Shown here one piece after another: positions 49,735 through 60,597 of a DNA stretch of 64,000 nt (position 1 is the stretch's first letter; every line of letters starts with the position of its first letter). Both the position numbers and the translations under genes were made by a program. Location of the stretch: the NCBI GenBank assembly GCA_963704885.1, contig CAVPIB010000001.1, positions 416,001 through 480,000 on the forward strand. The letters are read 5' to 3'. This DNA is from an uncultured Actinomycetes bacterium (lineage in GTDB: Bacteria; Actinomycetota; UBA4738; HRBIN12). The notes under the pieces are model-generated. The model was not told the origin of the DNA and searched no databases. It saw nothing but the letters and a program-made list of their open reading frames with translations.

Positions 49735-50670
49735 ATGGCTCATCTTCTGGTCGTCGATCCTCTCCTGCTGACGGAGGAGTTCGGTATCGACGCAGGCTGG
49801 GTCGGTGACGACCACGAGGTGATGGTCCCGTCCGGTTTCGCGCTGGACGACCTGCGACCACACCTAGAGCTGGCGGAGGGCATCCTCACGGCGCACCGCC
49901 CTGTGACGGAGGACATGATGGCGTTGGCGCCGAGACTTCGCGTGATCGCCAAGCCGGGCGCGGGTGTGGACAACATCGACGTGGGTGCCGCAGCCGCCCG
50001 CGGGGTCGTGGTGACCAACGTCAGGGGTGTGCGGGGCCGAGCGGTCGCCGAGCATGCACTATTCATGATGCTGTACCTCGCGCGTCACGCGTGGATGCGG
50101 GACGACCCGGAGTGGCAAGGAACAACGTCGGTGCAGCTGGGCGGCAAGACACTCGGCATCGTCGGGCTCGGCGAGATCGGCCGTCATGTCGCCCACTTCG
50201 GTCATGGACTAGGGATGACTGTCGTCGCCCACACACGCACGCCCGCATCCGAACCGATCGCCGGCGTGCCCGTGGGATCCGTCGGACGGGACGACCTGAT
50301 CGCTCGGGCCGACTTCGTCGTGTTGTGTGTCCCACTGACAGAGGAGACGCATCGGATGATCGACCGTTCGACGCTCAGATCCATGAAGGACGACGCGTAC
50401 CTGATCAACGTCTCGCGCGGGCCGGTCGTGTGCACGGACGACTTGTCGGACGCGCTCCGCACCGGGCGGCTGGCCGGGGCGGGCCTCGACGTGACCGACC
50501 CCGAACCCCTCCCGCCCGACCACGAGCTGCGTCGGTTCCCGAACGTCCTGATCTCGCCGCACAACGCTGGTCGCACGTCCGAATCGCAGGCCGAGGCCCT
50601 CGCCCGGATGCGCGCCAATGTGCGGCTCGTGCTCTCGGGCAGCCCACCGATCGACCTCGTCCGACCATAG
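49735..50670 (+). CDS. D-isomer-specific 2-hydroxyacid dehydrogenase
   Basis: GAGVDNID, GIVGLGEIG, INVSRG, GLDVTDPEPLP, ISPHNAG. Confidence 0.93.
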   Translation: MAHLLVVDPLLLTEEFGIDAGWVGDDHEVMVPSGFALDDLRPHLELAEGILTAHRPVTEDMMALAPRLRVIAKPGAGVDNIDVGAAAARGVVVTNVRGVRGRAVAEHALFMMLYLARHAWMRDDPEWQGTTSVQLGGKTLGIVGLGEIGRHVAHFGHGLGMTVVAHTRTPASEPIAGVPVGSVGRDDLIARADFVVLCVPLTEETHRMIDRSTLRSMKDDAYLINVSRGPVVCTDDLSDALRTGRLAGAGLDVTDPEPLPPDHELRRFPNVLISPHNAGRTSESQAEALARMRANVRLVLSGSPPIDLVRP

Positions 50671-50705
50671 CCGCGGCGAACGGGCCCCTCATCGATGCCA
50701 GCAGT

Positions 50706-51218
50706 TCAGCAGGCTCCGCACGCGCTCATCGTGTAGCCAAGCATCGTGTAGTACCCGACGGTCAGAACGAGCTCGACCATCCCCGACGTGCCGACCAGAT
50801 CGCGCGCGGCGCGGAATCTCTCGTCCGATACGGCGCTCGTGTCACAGAGCTCGTTCACGAACGAGACGAGGGTTGCCTCGCGGGCCGCGAGACCTCTTCC
50901 GTCGTTCCCGAGCGCCGCGATCGTATCTGGCTCGATCCCGGCCGCCCGAGCGGCCTCGAGATGCGATTCCCACACGAAGGCACATCCGTGCGCGCGCCCC
51001 GTCGCCAGGGTAACGAGCTCTCGATCCGCGTCAGCGAGACCCGACTCGAACCTGACGACATGGCCGAGCTCCGCGACCTTGTCCGCCATCGCCGGAGCGT
51101 GGAGCAGCACCTCGAACGGGCGAAGCGTCGTGCCTCGGCTCTCGACGATCCGATCGAACACGACGCGTCCCTCGGTGTCGAGCTCGCTCCGTGCCTTGAT
51201 CAGCGGGATCCGACTCAC
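50706..51218 (-). CDS. Carboxymuconolactone decarboxylase/AhpD-family protein
   Basis: LLHAP, RELVTLATG...FVWESH...A..AG, VELVLTVGYY. GGAGG RBS. Confidence 0.85.
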   Translation of the reverse strand: MSRIPLIKARSELDTEGRVVFDRIVESRGTTLRPFEVLLHAPAMADKVAELGHVVRFESGLADADRELVTLATGRAHGCAFVWESHLEAARAAGIEPDTIAALGNDGRGLAAREATLVSFVNELCDTSAVSDERFRAARDLVGTSGMVELVLTVGYYTMLGYTMSACGAC

Positions 51219-51279
51219 GACTTGACCTCCTCTTCCTCGTTGACTTCCCATCGCGTTCTTCGAGCCCGAAGAGCTGGGG

Positions 51280-52269
51280 TCAATGCGAACCTTCGAGGGG
51301 ACGGATGGAGAGCAGCAGCTTGCCCGAGGTGGTCCCACTCTCCAGCTCGCGGTGCGCCTCATCGGCGCGTTCCAACGGGTGTCGGGCGTGTACGCGCACC
51401 TCCAGATCGCCACTGCCCACCATCGATAGCACCGCATCGGCGCGGCGGAGGAGCTCCTCGCGGGTCGCGGTGTAGTCGACCAGTCCGGGGCGCGTGAGGA
51501 ACACCGATCCCGCTCGTAGTAGCTTCCGGAGATCGAAAGGGGGGACGGGGCCGCTCGAATGCCCGAAGGCGACCAGGAACCCTCGCTTCGCGAGCGACCG
51601 TAGGCTGTCTTCGAAGGTGTCCCGCCCGACCGAGTCGAAGACGATGCGCGCACCGCTCCCGTCGCCGTATCCCCTCACGACCTCCGCCAGATCGCGCTCT
51701 CCACGGACGACGACGTCGGTGGCTCCCGCGCCTCGCGCCTGCTCGGCCTTCGCAGCGGTGGAGGTTGTGCCGACCACCAGGAGCCCGCGTGCCGACGCCA
51801 TCTGCGTGAGCAGGAGGCCGACCCCGCCGGCAGCGGCGTGGACGACGACGACGTCGCCTCGCTCGAGGGGGAGGATCGAATCCGTGAGGTAGTGAGCCGT
51901 CATCCCCTGGAGCAGGACGGCGGCAGCCGTATCTGTGGTCACGCTCGTCGGAAGCGGCACCACACGGTCGGCGGGGACCAAGATCGATTCCGCATAGGCA
52001 CCGGGCACGCCTGCGAACGCGACCCGATCACCGGGCGCGAACCTGTCCACGCCAGGTCCAACCTCCTGGACCTCCCCCGCTCCCTCGGTGCCCGGTGTGT
52101 AAGGCAACGACATCGGGTAGGCGCCGGAGCGCTGTTGCACGTCGATCATGTTGACGCCGGCGGCGTCGAGTCTGACCGACACCTGCCCCGCCGCCGGTCG
52201 CGGGGCCTCATGGTCCTCGAGGACAAGCACCTCCGGGCCACCGTGCTCCCGTACTCGGATCGCTCGCAT
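51280..52269 (-). CDS. qor: NADPH:quinone oxidoreductase (zeta-crystallin/Qor)
   Basis: GGPEVL, LLQGMTAHYL, HAAAGGVG, FDSVGRDTF, GSVFLTRP. Confidence 0.9.
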   Translation of the reverse strand: MRAIRVREHGGPEVLVLEDHEAPRPAAGQVSVRLDAAGVNMIDVQQRSGAYPMSLPYTPGTEGAGEVQEVGPGVDRFAPGDRVAFAGVPGAYAESILVPADRVVPLPTSVTTDTAAAVLLQGMTAHYLTDSILPLERGDVVVVHAAAGGVGLLLTQMASARGLLVVGTTSTAAKAEQARGAGATDVVVRGERDLAEVVRGYGDGSGARIVFDSVGRDTFEDSLRSLAKRGFLVAFGHSSGPVPPFDLRKLLRAGSVFLTRPGLVDYTATREELLRRADAVLSMVGSGDLEVRVHARHPLERADEAHRELESGTTSGKLLLSIRPLEGSH

Positions 52270-52431
52270 CTGCCTCCTTCACCCTCGGTCGAGCGAGGAA
52301 CCCCTTCCTCAGCGAACCTAGACAACCATGAAGATCCCTGCAGGCCAAGCCGTGGGCGGTGTCCTCGGCTGGGTTCGAACGTCCGCGGTCCGCAGAAACC
52401 CTGACCTCCGGGCCGAGGGGGGTGTTGGCCG

Positions 52432-52722
52432 CTACTCATCCTTGATCGTGGGGATGATCTCCCGATCGAACTCGGGGAAGTAGGTCGAGATCTGACTCAC
52501 GTTGAACGAACGCAGGATCGACTCCTTCGCTTCTCGCTCGAGCAAGAACGCGAAACAGGCCTGGATGAAGGCCTCGGGGCTCGGATAGCCTTCCCCCAGT
52601 CGAGCGTGATCGCCATGTGACAGGGTCACGTCGTGCTCGGAGGCGCTGCCGTCGTCATCTCTCACCCGCACGCTGAACCGGAGCAGTTCCTGGTCGATGC
52701 GGCTGACTTCGATCCCCGACAC
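52432..52722 (-). CDS. Small hypothetical protein
   Basis: HDVTLS...FAFLLEREAKESILRSF..SQISTYFPEF, a pattern I recall in small conserved proteins (not verified). Confidence 0.7.
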   Translation of the reverse strand: MSGIEVSRIDQELLRFSVRVRDDDGSASEHDVTLSHGDHARLGEGYPSPEAFIQACFAFLLEREAKESILRSFNVSQISTYFPEFDREIIPTIKDE

Positions 52723-52798
52723 CACGGCCCCCTCGGGCGCTGACGGCGCCGCGCCGCATCGTACGCTCTCCCGAACGCCCGAGGAGACCGTCCGACAC

Positions 52799-53593
52799 GT
52801 GCCCGACCTCAACACCGGAGACGCCACGCTGCACGTCGAGATCGATGGCAGCGGCGACCCCGTCACGGTCTTCGCGCACGGCCTTACCAACTCGAGTCAG
52901 GAGCTGGCCGCCTTCACTCCGTTCCTGACAGGAACCAAGGTGCGGTTCGACTTCCGGGGGCACGGCCGCTCGAGCGTGCCCGACGCGGGTGCCTACCGGT
53001 TCGCGGACTTCGCGCGTGACCTGGAGAACGTCGCCACCGAGTACGGGGCCACCCGCGCCGTGGGTACCTCGCTCGGTGCGGGCGCCATCACGAACCTGAT
53101 CGCGCGCGAGCCCGGGCGGTTCGAGCGGATGGTGTTCCTGCTCCCGGCCGCGCTCGACCGGCCTCTCGCCGACCACGACGACCTCGACCGAACGGCGGAG
53201 CTACTTGAGACCTTGCCCAGGGATCAAGCCATCGAGGCGATCTTGTCGTCCTCCGGCCGCGCGCAGGTCTACGAGAAGGCGCCGTGGCTCCGAGAGTTCG
53301 ACATGTTGCTCTGGCAGGACATGAACCCGGTTGGGGTGGCGCGAGCGATCCGCGAGGTGCTTCGTGACGTGGCCATCACGGACCGCGAGCTGCTCCGGCG
53401 GGTACAGACTCCGACCATGATCATCTGCCGCGAGGGCGACTCGATCCATCCCGCCGAGCTCGGCCGCGCCCTAGCGCAGATCATGCCGAACACCGAGCTG
53501 ATCGTGCTTCCGGGTGAGCAAGAGCTGATCGCCGCGATCCCCATGCTCGTCGGTCGCGTCAAGGCGTTCCTAGAAGAGGACGGGGACGCGTGA
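52799..53593 (+). CDS. Alpha/beta hydrolase
   Basis: FAHGL, DFRGHGRS, GTSLG, GDSIHP. Confidence 0.88.
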   Translation: MPDLNTGDATLHVEIDGSGDPVTVFAHGLTNSSQELAAFTPFLTGTKVRFDFRGHGRSSVPDAGAYRFADFARDLENVATEYGATRAVGTSLGAGAITNLIAREPGRFERMVFLLPAALDRPLADHDDLDRTAELLETLPRDQAIEAILSSSGRAQVYEKAPWLREFDMLLWQDMNPVGVARAIREVLRDVAITDRELLRRVQTPTMIICREGDSIHPAELGRALAQIMPNTELIVLPGEQELIAAIPMLVGRVKAFLEEDGDA

Positions 53594-54513
53594 GCGACGA
53601 CGCCATCGCCTCCCGTCGCGCGACCGACCCGCGCGGCGAGCTGATCGGCTCGCTCTCGAGCGTGACCATGGCGGTGCTATTCGCAGCGGTCGTGATCTTC
53701 GGCAAGCAGGTGGCCGCCGGGAACCTGCCGTTCGTCATGTTGGCGATCCGGTTCGGCGCGCAGTCGGTGCTTCTGTTCGGCGCGCTGGTGCTGCTGCGCA
53801 GACCCCTGATCCCGGTCAAGGGCGAGCGGCTTCCGCTCGTCATCGCCGGCACGATCGGCTACGGCTCCGAGGCGGCGCTCTACTTCAGCGCGCTGAACCA
53901 CGGGAGCGTGGCGGCGGTCACGCTTCTCTTCTACACGTACCCCGTATGGGTCATGCTGGTGACGATCGGTCTGGACCGGAAGGCGCCTCCGAGCACGCTG
54001 TTCGTCGCGCTCGCTCTCGCGCTGGGGGGAAGCGCCCTGGTCGTTCTTGGGGGAGGAGACGCGCAGGTCGCGACCGTCGGGATCGTTCTGGCGCTCTGCA
54101 CGTCGCTCGCCTACACGAGCTATCTGGTGGGGACCGACCGGCACGTCAAGTCGACCGATCCGCTCACGGCCGCCCTGTGGCTGGGCACCGGCGCCGCCGT
54201 GGCCAATGTCGTGTACGCCTTCGCGTTCAACGCGGTCGTTCTCCCGGACGCCGGCGATTGGTGGCGCTTAGCGGCCATGGCCGTCTTCTCGGCCGGCGCG
54301 TTCGCCGCCATGCTCGCGGGTTTGCAGCTGGTCGGCGCTGTTCGGAACGCGATCATCGGAGTCATGGAACCGCTGACGGTCGCCGTGCTCGCGTTCATCT
54401 TCCTGAGCGAACCCATCACTGCGTCTGTGGTCTTCGGCGGCGTGTTGATCCTCGGTGGAGCCATCCTCGCCATGTTGATCCGAACCACCAAGACCGCCGA
54501 ACCTCCGGTGTGA
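53590..54513 (+). CDS. EamA/DMT family transporter
   Basis: About 10 TM, LLFYTYPVWV, MEPLTVAVLAFIFLSE. Confidence 0.92.
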   Translation: MSDDAIASRRATDPRGELIGSLSSVTMAVLFAAVVIFGKQVAAGNLPFVMLAIRFGAQSVLLFGALVLLRRPLIPVKGERLPLVIAGTIGYGSEAALYFSALNHGSVAAVTLLFYTYPVWVMLVTIGLDRKAPPSTLFVALALALGGSALVVLGGGDAQVATVGIVLALCTSLAYTSYLVGTDRHVKSTDPLTAALWLGTGAAVANVVYAFAFNAVVLPDAGDWWRLAAMAVFSAGAFAAMLAGLQLVGAVRNAIIGVMEPLTVAVLAFIFLSEPITASVVFGGVLILGGAILAMLIRTTKTAEPPV

Positions 54514-54553
54514 TGAGGTCGGCGGGCCGTCCACCAAACGGGAAGGAGGCCAG

Positions 54554-55258
54554 ATGAAGGTCTTTCACGCGTTCGTCGTCAGCGTCGCGTTCGTCTCGCT
54601 GCTGTCTGCCTGCGAGGCTGCGGGGTCTCCGGCGGGTACGCCGTCGACCAGCCCTACGCCGCTGCCGTCCGCGTCGGCGAGTCCCGATCTGAGCCTCCCG
54701 CTACTCGCCGGGCCCTGCTGCTATGGCCTGCTGCTGGAATCCGGGCGATACGAGACGCCGTCCTGGTTCGAGCCGGGCTTCTCTCTCGACGTCGGTGATG
54801 GGTTCTTTGGCGTGGGGGCCGAGCGCGAACGTCTGATCCTCGTGGGTCGAGGTCAGAGCCAGGCCGGGAACCTGGAGCGATACGTGGGGTTCTTCGTGGC
54901 ACCCAAGGCCGACGCGTTGGTGCGTAAGCTCCGCGAAACCCCCCTCACGGTTCCGGAGGCCCTTCGGTCCATGGACGTGGACGGAGTCCCTGGGGTCGCG
55001 TTCGACGCTAGGGCGCTCCCGAACACCAACACGGCGGCCGACGATGAGATCACCCCGGGCGCGATCCGGATCCCGGCGATCGATCGGCTGGTCCCGCCCT
55101 TCTTCTACACAGAGAGCGGAGAGGCACGACTGCGGTTCATCGTCGTCGACTTCGGTGACCACGCTTTGCTCATCTACGTGGAGGCGCCCGGCGATAGGTT
55201 CGAGGCGTTCGCCGCGGAGGTCGACACGTTACTTGCGAGTCTCCGGTTCATCCCCTGA
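54554..55258 (+). CDS. Hypothetical lipoprotein
   Basis: AAGGAGG RBS, lipobox LLSAC, Pro/Ser/Thr linker. Confidence 0.78.
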   Translation: MKVFHAFVVSVAFVSLLSACEAAGSPAGTPSTSPTPLPSASASPDLSLPLLAGPCCYGLLLESGRYETPSWFEPGFSLDVGDGFFGVGAERERLILVGRGQSQAGNLERYVGFFVAPKADALVRKLRETPLTVPEALRSMDVDGVPGVAFDARALPNTNTAADDEITPGAIRIPAIDRLVPPFFYTESGEARLRFIVVDFGDHALLIYVEAPGDRFEAFAAEVDTLLASLRFIP

Positions 55259-55263
55259 ACCCG

Positions 55264-57223
<1,960 letters not shown>

Positions 57224-57226
57224 CGG

Positions 57227-59158
57227 TCAACCGCCGAACACCGCGGCCGCTGCGGCGATCACCACGTATACGAGCGCGCCGCCCAAAGTGAGCATGAGGC
57301 GCAGCTGTTTAGGGATCGGCGATCGGCCGAGCGCGAAGTACAGGATGGGTCCGAGCAGCGGCACCAGGATCACCACCGCCATCCATCTGGTGCGGAACGG
57401 GAGCGACACCGACTCCTGGCGGATCAGATCCCATAGAGCGATCGTGACCCACGCTGCGTAGAGGAACCCGGGCAACACGTACGCGTATAGACCCAAGATG
57501 AGGCCCCACCACGACGTGGCGAGCGGGATCCCGAACACGAGCACCTCCTTGCTCACCTGCGGCCCCGACGCTACAGATATGTCGGCGGGAGCGCGTATCC
57601 GATAGCTCTGTGGCAGCGCCGCGGGATCCGCGGGGAACGGCGGGGCCGTGAGTGGGCTCTCCATGCCTTCCTGGGGCGGCGGCTCGGGCTGTGTCCGCCA
57701 GTCGCCGTGCGGGAACTCGCCGTCCAGCGCATCCAGGAACTTGATGCCAAGGTTGACCGTGGGCGCCGGATCGCCGCCGCCGAACCATCGGAGCGACGGT
57801 CCAGAGCATCCGTACAGGGTCTGGATGCGCGGCGGCACGCTGCTCGAGGCGTCGTTCCCACTGAAGCAGTCGCCCCCCGAAGATGGCGCGCCGAGCGCCA
57901 GGTCCGCGTAGCCGCTCCGCCGCACCACGTTGTCGACAACCCTGTTGTCGCCGGTGGGCCACAGGTTGGCGTCCAGGTTGGGCAGGAGCGCGATCCCGTA
58001 GGTCGCTTGGTCCTCCACCAGGTTGTGGGTGACGGTGTTCTGGATACCGCCGGCGATCAGGATCCCCACCCCGAACGTCGGGTACTCCAGGTCCTTGGTG
58101 TCGGCGGTAGTGGAGTTGTTGTCGTGGACGTAGTTGCCGGCGATCACCACGGCGCGCTGCGGCGGATCGGCCTCGGAATCCAACGTGTTCGGCACGATGC
58201 CCGAGATGTTGTTGCGCCACTCGCTGTTCACGATCGCCAGGTCGCCGCCCGCGTTCGTCCCCGAGTAGCCGAGCGCGTTGTTCTCGGCCAGCGAATCCGT
58301 GATCAGCGCGTGGCACGGGTCGCATTGGCCGATGTAGAAGCCCGAGTCCGGCGAGCCGCTCGCGTATGAGTGATCGAACTGCCCGTACACGGAGTCGAAC
58401 GCGTAGATGCCGTAGTCACCGTTGTTGTACGCGGTCACGTACGAGGCTCGGTATCCGAAGACGCTCGACCAGTGCACGCCGTTCAAGGCGAAGTGACGCG
58501 TGGTCAGGTTCTCCACCGCCACACCGTCCGCCTCGATCACATGGATCCCGTTCGGCAGGGTGTCGTTGCCGTCCAGGATGGTTCGGTTGCGATCCTCGCC
58601 GCGGATCGTCACGAACGGTGTCGTGACGACGACCGCCTCGTCATAGACGCCGGGGGCGATCAACACCATGCCTCCCGGCTCCACCTGATCCACGGCCGCC
58701 TGGATCGTGTCGAAGTCCGAAGGCACGCGGATGGTCGGCGCGAACCCGGATGGGACCGGCTCGCGTCCTGGGCTAACGCCGCCACCGCCGGAGTTCGGGA
58801 TCTCGACGTCACCGACGGCGACGATCCCGATCATCCCGACCCCGGGTCCACCATGGAACCGACAGAAGTAGGCATACACACCCGGTTGCTCGAACGTCTC
58901 GGTGTAGGAGTCGCCCGGCTGGAGCTCGCCCGAGTCGAACGACCCGTCGTCCGCCGTCACCGTGTGCGGGCTGCGCCCGTCCATCCCCCACTCGACGGTC
59001 TGTCCGGGTTCGATCCGAACGATGCCTGGATCGAACGCGTTGTCTATGGCGCTCACCTCGGCGTCGAAGCCGCCGCCGCGAGCCGCCAGAGCCGGTCCCA
59101 GGGTCATGAGCACAAGGAACGCGACGGCTGCCAGGCGGCGCGCTGCCAGGCGGCGCAT
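57227..59158 (-). CDS. Secreted cupredoxin plus parallel beta-helix protein with a C-terminal PLDc_N-like membrane anchor
   Basis: PHTVT...YFCRFH.....MIG type-1 Cu site. Beta-helix repeats (NGDYGIYAF, GSPDSGFYIG). Terminal W..VVILVPLLGPILYF. Confidence 0.85.
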   Translation of the reverse strand: MRRLAARRLAAVAFLVLMTLGPALAARGGGFDAEVSAIDNAFDPGIVRIEPGQTVEWGMDGRSPHTVTADDGSFDSGELQPGDSYTETFEQPGVYAYFCRFHGGPGVGMIGIVAVGDVEIPNSGGGGVSPGREPVPSGFAPTIRVPSDFDTIQAAVDQVEPGGMVLIAPGVYDEAVVVTTPFVTIRGEDRNRTILDGNDTLPNGIHVIEADGVAVENLTTRHFALNGVHWSSVFGYRASYVTAYNNGDYGIYAFDSVYGQFDHSYASGSPDSGFYIGQCDPCHALITDSLAENNALGYSGTNAGGDLAIVNSEWRNNISGIVPNTLDSEADPPQRAVVIAGNYVHDNNSTTADTKDLEYPTFGVGILIAGGIQNTVTHNLVEDQATYGIALLPNLDANLWPTGDNRVVDNVVRRSGYADLALGAPSSGGDCFSGNDASSSVPPRIQTLYGCSGPSLRWFGGGDPAPTVNLGIKFLDALDGEFPHGDWRTQPEPPPQEGMESPLTAPPFPADPAALPQSYRIRAPADISVASGPQVSKEVLVFGIPLATSWWGLILGLYAYVLPGFLYAAWVTIALWDLIRQESVSLPFRTRWMAVVILVPLLGPILYFALGRSPIPKQLRLMLTLGGALVYVVIAAAAAVFGG

Positions 59159-59214
59159 CGTCGGCCGGCGGATCATCGGTCGGGACCCTAGCACTTCGGT
59201 ACCGTTTGACGGTC

Positions 59215-60597
59215 ATGTCTCCCGAGCGCCTATCCAGCCTGGACGCGAGCTTCCTGTATCTGGAGCGACCGGCCATGCACATGCACGTGGCGGGCGTGTC
59301 GGTGTTCGCCCCCCGCGAGGATGGACCGCTCACGTACGACGATGTCGCCCGCGTCGCGGAGGCTCGCCTGCATCTGGCGCCCCGTCTGCGTCAGCGGGTC
59401 CTCACGGTCCCGGGCGGCCTGGCGCGCCCGCTCTGGGTGGACGATGACCACTTCGACCTGGACTTCCACCTGCGGCGGGCGGCTATCCCTTCGCCCGGTG
59501 GCCGTCTACAGCTCGAGCGAGCCGTGGGAAGAGTGCTCTCTCGTCCGCTCGACCGCGCGAGGCCTCTCTGGGAGCTCTACGTGTTCGAGGGACTCGAGCA
59601 CGAGCGAACGGCGGTGTTGCTGAAGATGCACCACGCGCTCGCCGACGGGATCTCGGGCATGCTGATCGCGTCTGCGCTCTTCGACCTGTCGGCGGATGCC
59701 GAGTTGGGACCGCCGCAGAAGGAGTGGAGACCGGAGCCGCCGCCGACATCGTTGGATCTGGCTGTCGATGCGGTCCAGGACCTGCTGCTCCATCCCATCG
59801 AGGCGTTGTTGCGCGCAGCCGAAGCGCCCGCGCACGCGGCCGCCGTCGTCGGCGAGACCTTGGACGGTCTCCGATCGATCGTGGGGATGGGTGCCCCGCC
59901 ACAAGGTCCGTTCGACGCGCATGTCGGTCCCAACCGTCGGTTCGCGACCGCCGAGGTGGCGTTCGAACGACTACGCGAGGTGAAGCGAGCCTTAGGCGGC
60001 ACGATCAACGATGTGGTGCTCACCGGCGTGGCGGGCGGCCTCCATCGGCTCCTGACCGAGCGCGGGGAACCCACGCGCGGTCGCACGTTGCGCGTGATGG
60101 TCCCGGTCTCCGTGCGATCCAAGGCCGAGCAGGGCGACGTGGGCAACCGCGTGGCGCCGGCGTTCGTCGACGTCCCCGTGGGGAAGATGACACCGGGATC
60201 GCGGCTGAAGCGTGTTCGAGCTGCCACCCAAGCCCTCAAGGAGTCGACGATGGCGGTGAGTGCCGATTCGATCATCGGTCTAGGTGCCTACGCCCCTCCC
60301 GCCATCCACGCGATGGCCGCGCGGATGGTCTCCCGCGGACACTGGTTCAACTTGGTCGTTTCGAACATCCCCGCGCCGCAGGTTCCGATGTACCTGGCCG
60401 GCGCGCGGCTGGTGGCCAACTACCCGTCCATGCCGCTCGGCGAGAGCACGGGCCTGTCGGTCGCATGCACGAGCCTGGGCGGCACGATGGGGTTCGGCCT
60501 GACCGCCGACTGGGACGCCCTCCGTGACATAGATGTCCTGGCCCGAGGCATCGAGTCCTCGTTCGACGAGCTCGAACAAGCGGCTGAGCGAGGGTGA
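59215..60597 (+). CDS. Wax ester synthase/diacylglycerol acyltransferase
   Basis: RLSSLDASFL, PLDRARPLWE, HHALADG, TINDVVL, NLVVSNIP. Confidence 0.95.
   Translation: MSPERLSSLDASFLYLERPAMHMHVAGVSVFAPREDGPLTYDDVARVAEARLHLAPRLRQRVLTVPGGLARPLWVDDDHFDLDFHLRRAAIPSPGGRLQLERAVGRVLSRPLDRARPLWELYVFEGLEHERTAVLLKMHHALADGISGMLIASALFDLSADAELGPPQKEWRPEPPPTSLDLAVDAVQDLLLHPIEALLRAAEAPAHAAAVVGETLDGLRSIVGMGAPPQGPFDAHVGPNRRFATAEVAFERLREVKRALGGTINDVVLTGVAGGLHRLLTERGEPTRGRTLRVMVPVSVRSKAEQGDVGNRVAPAFVDVPVGKMTPGSRLKRVRAATQALKESTMAVSADSIIGLGAYAPPAIHAMAARMVSRGHWFNLVVSNIPAPQVPMYLAGARLVANYPSMPLGESTGLSVACTSLGGTMGFGLTADWDALRDIDVLARGIESSFDELEQAAERG

Noticed and set aside
52272-52425. Possible riboswitch upstream of qor (inverted repeats CCCTCGG...CCGAGGG)
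   Set aside because: I recognise no riboswitch consensus. A TAGGTT -10-like box close to qor would leave most of the structure outside the transcript.
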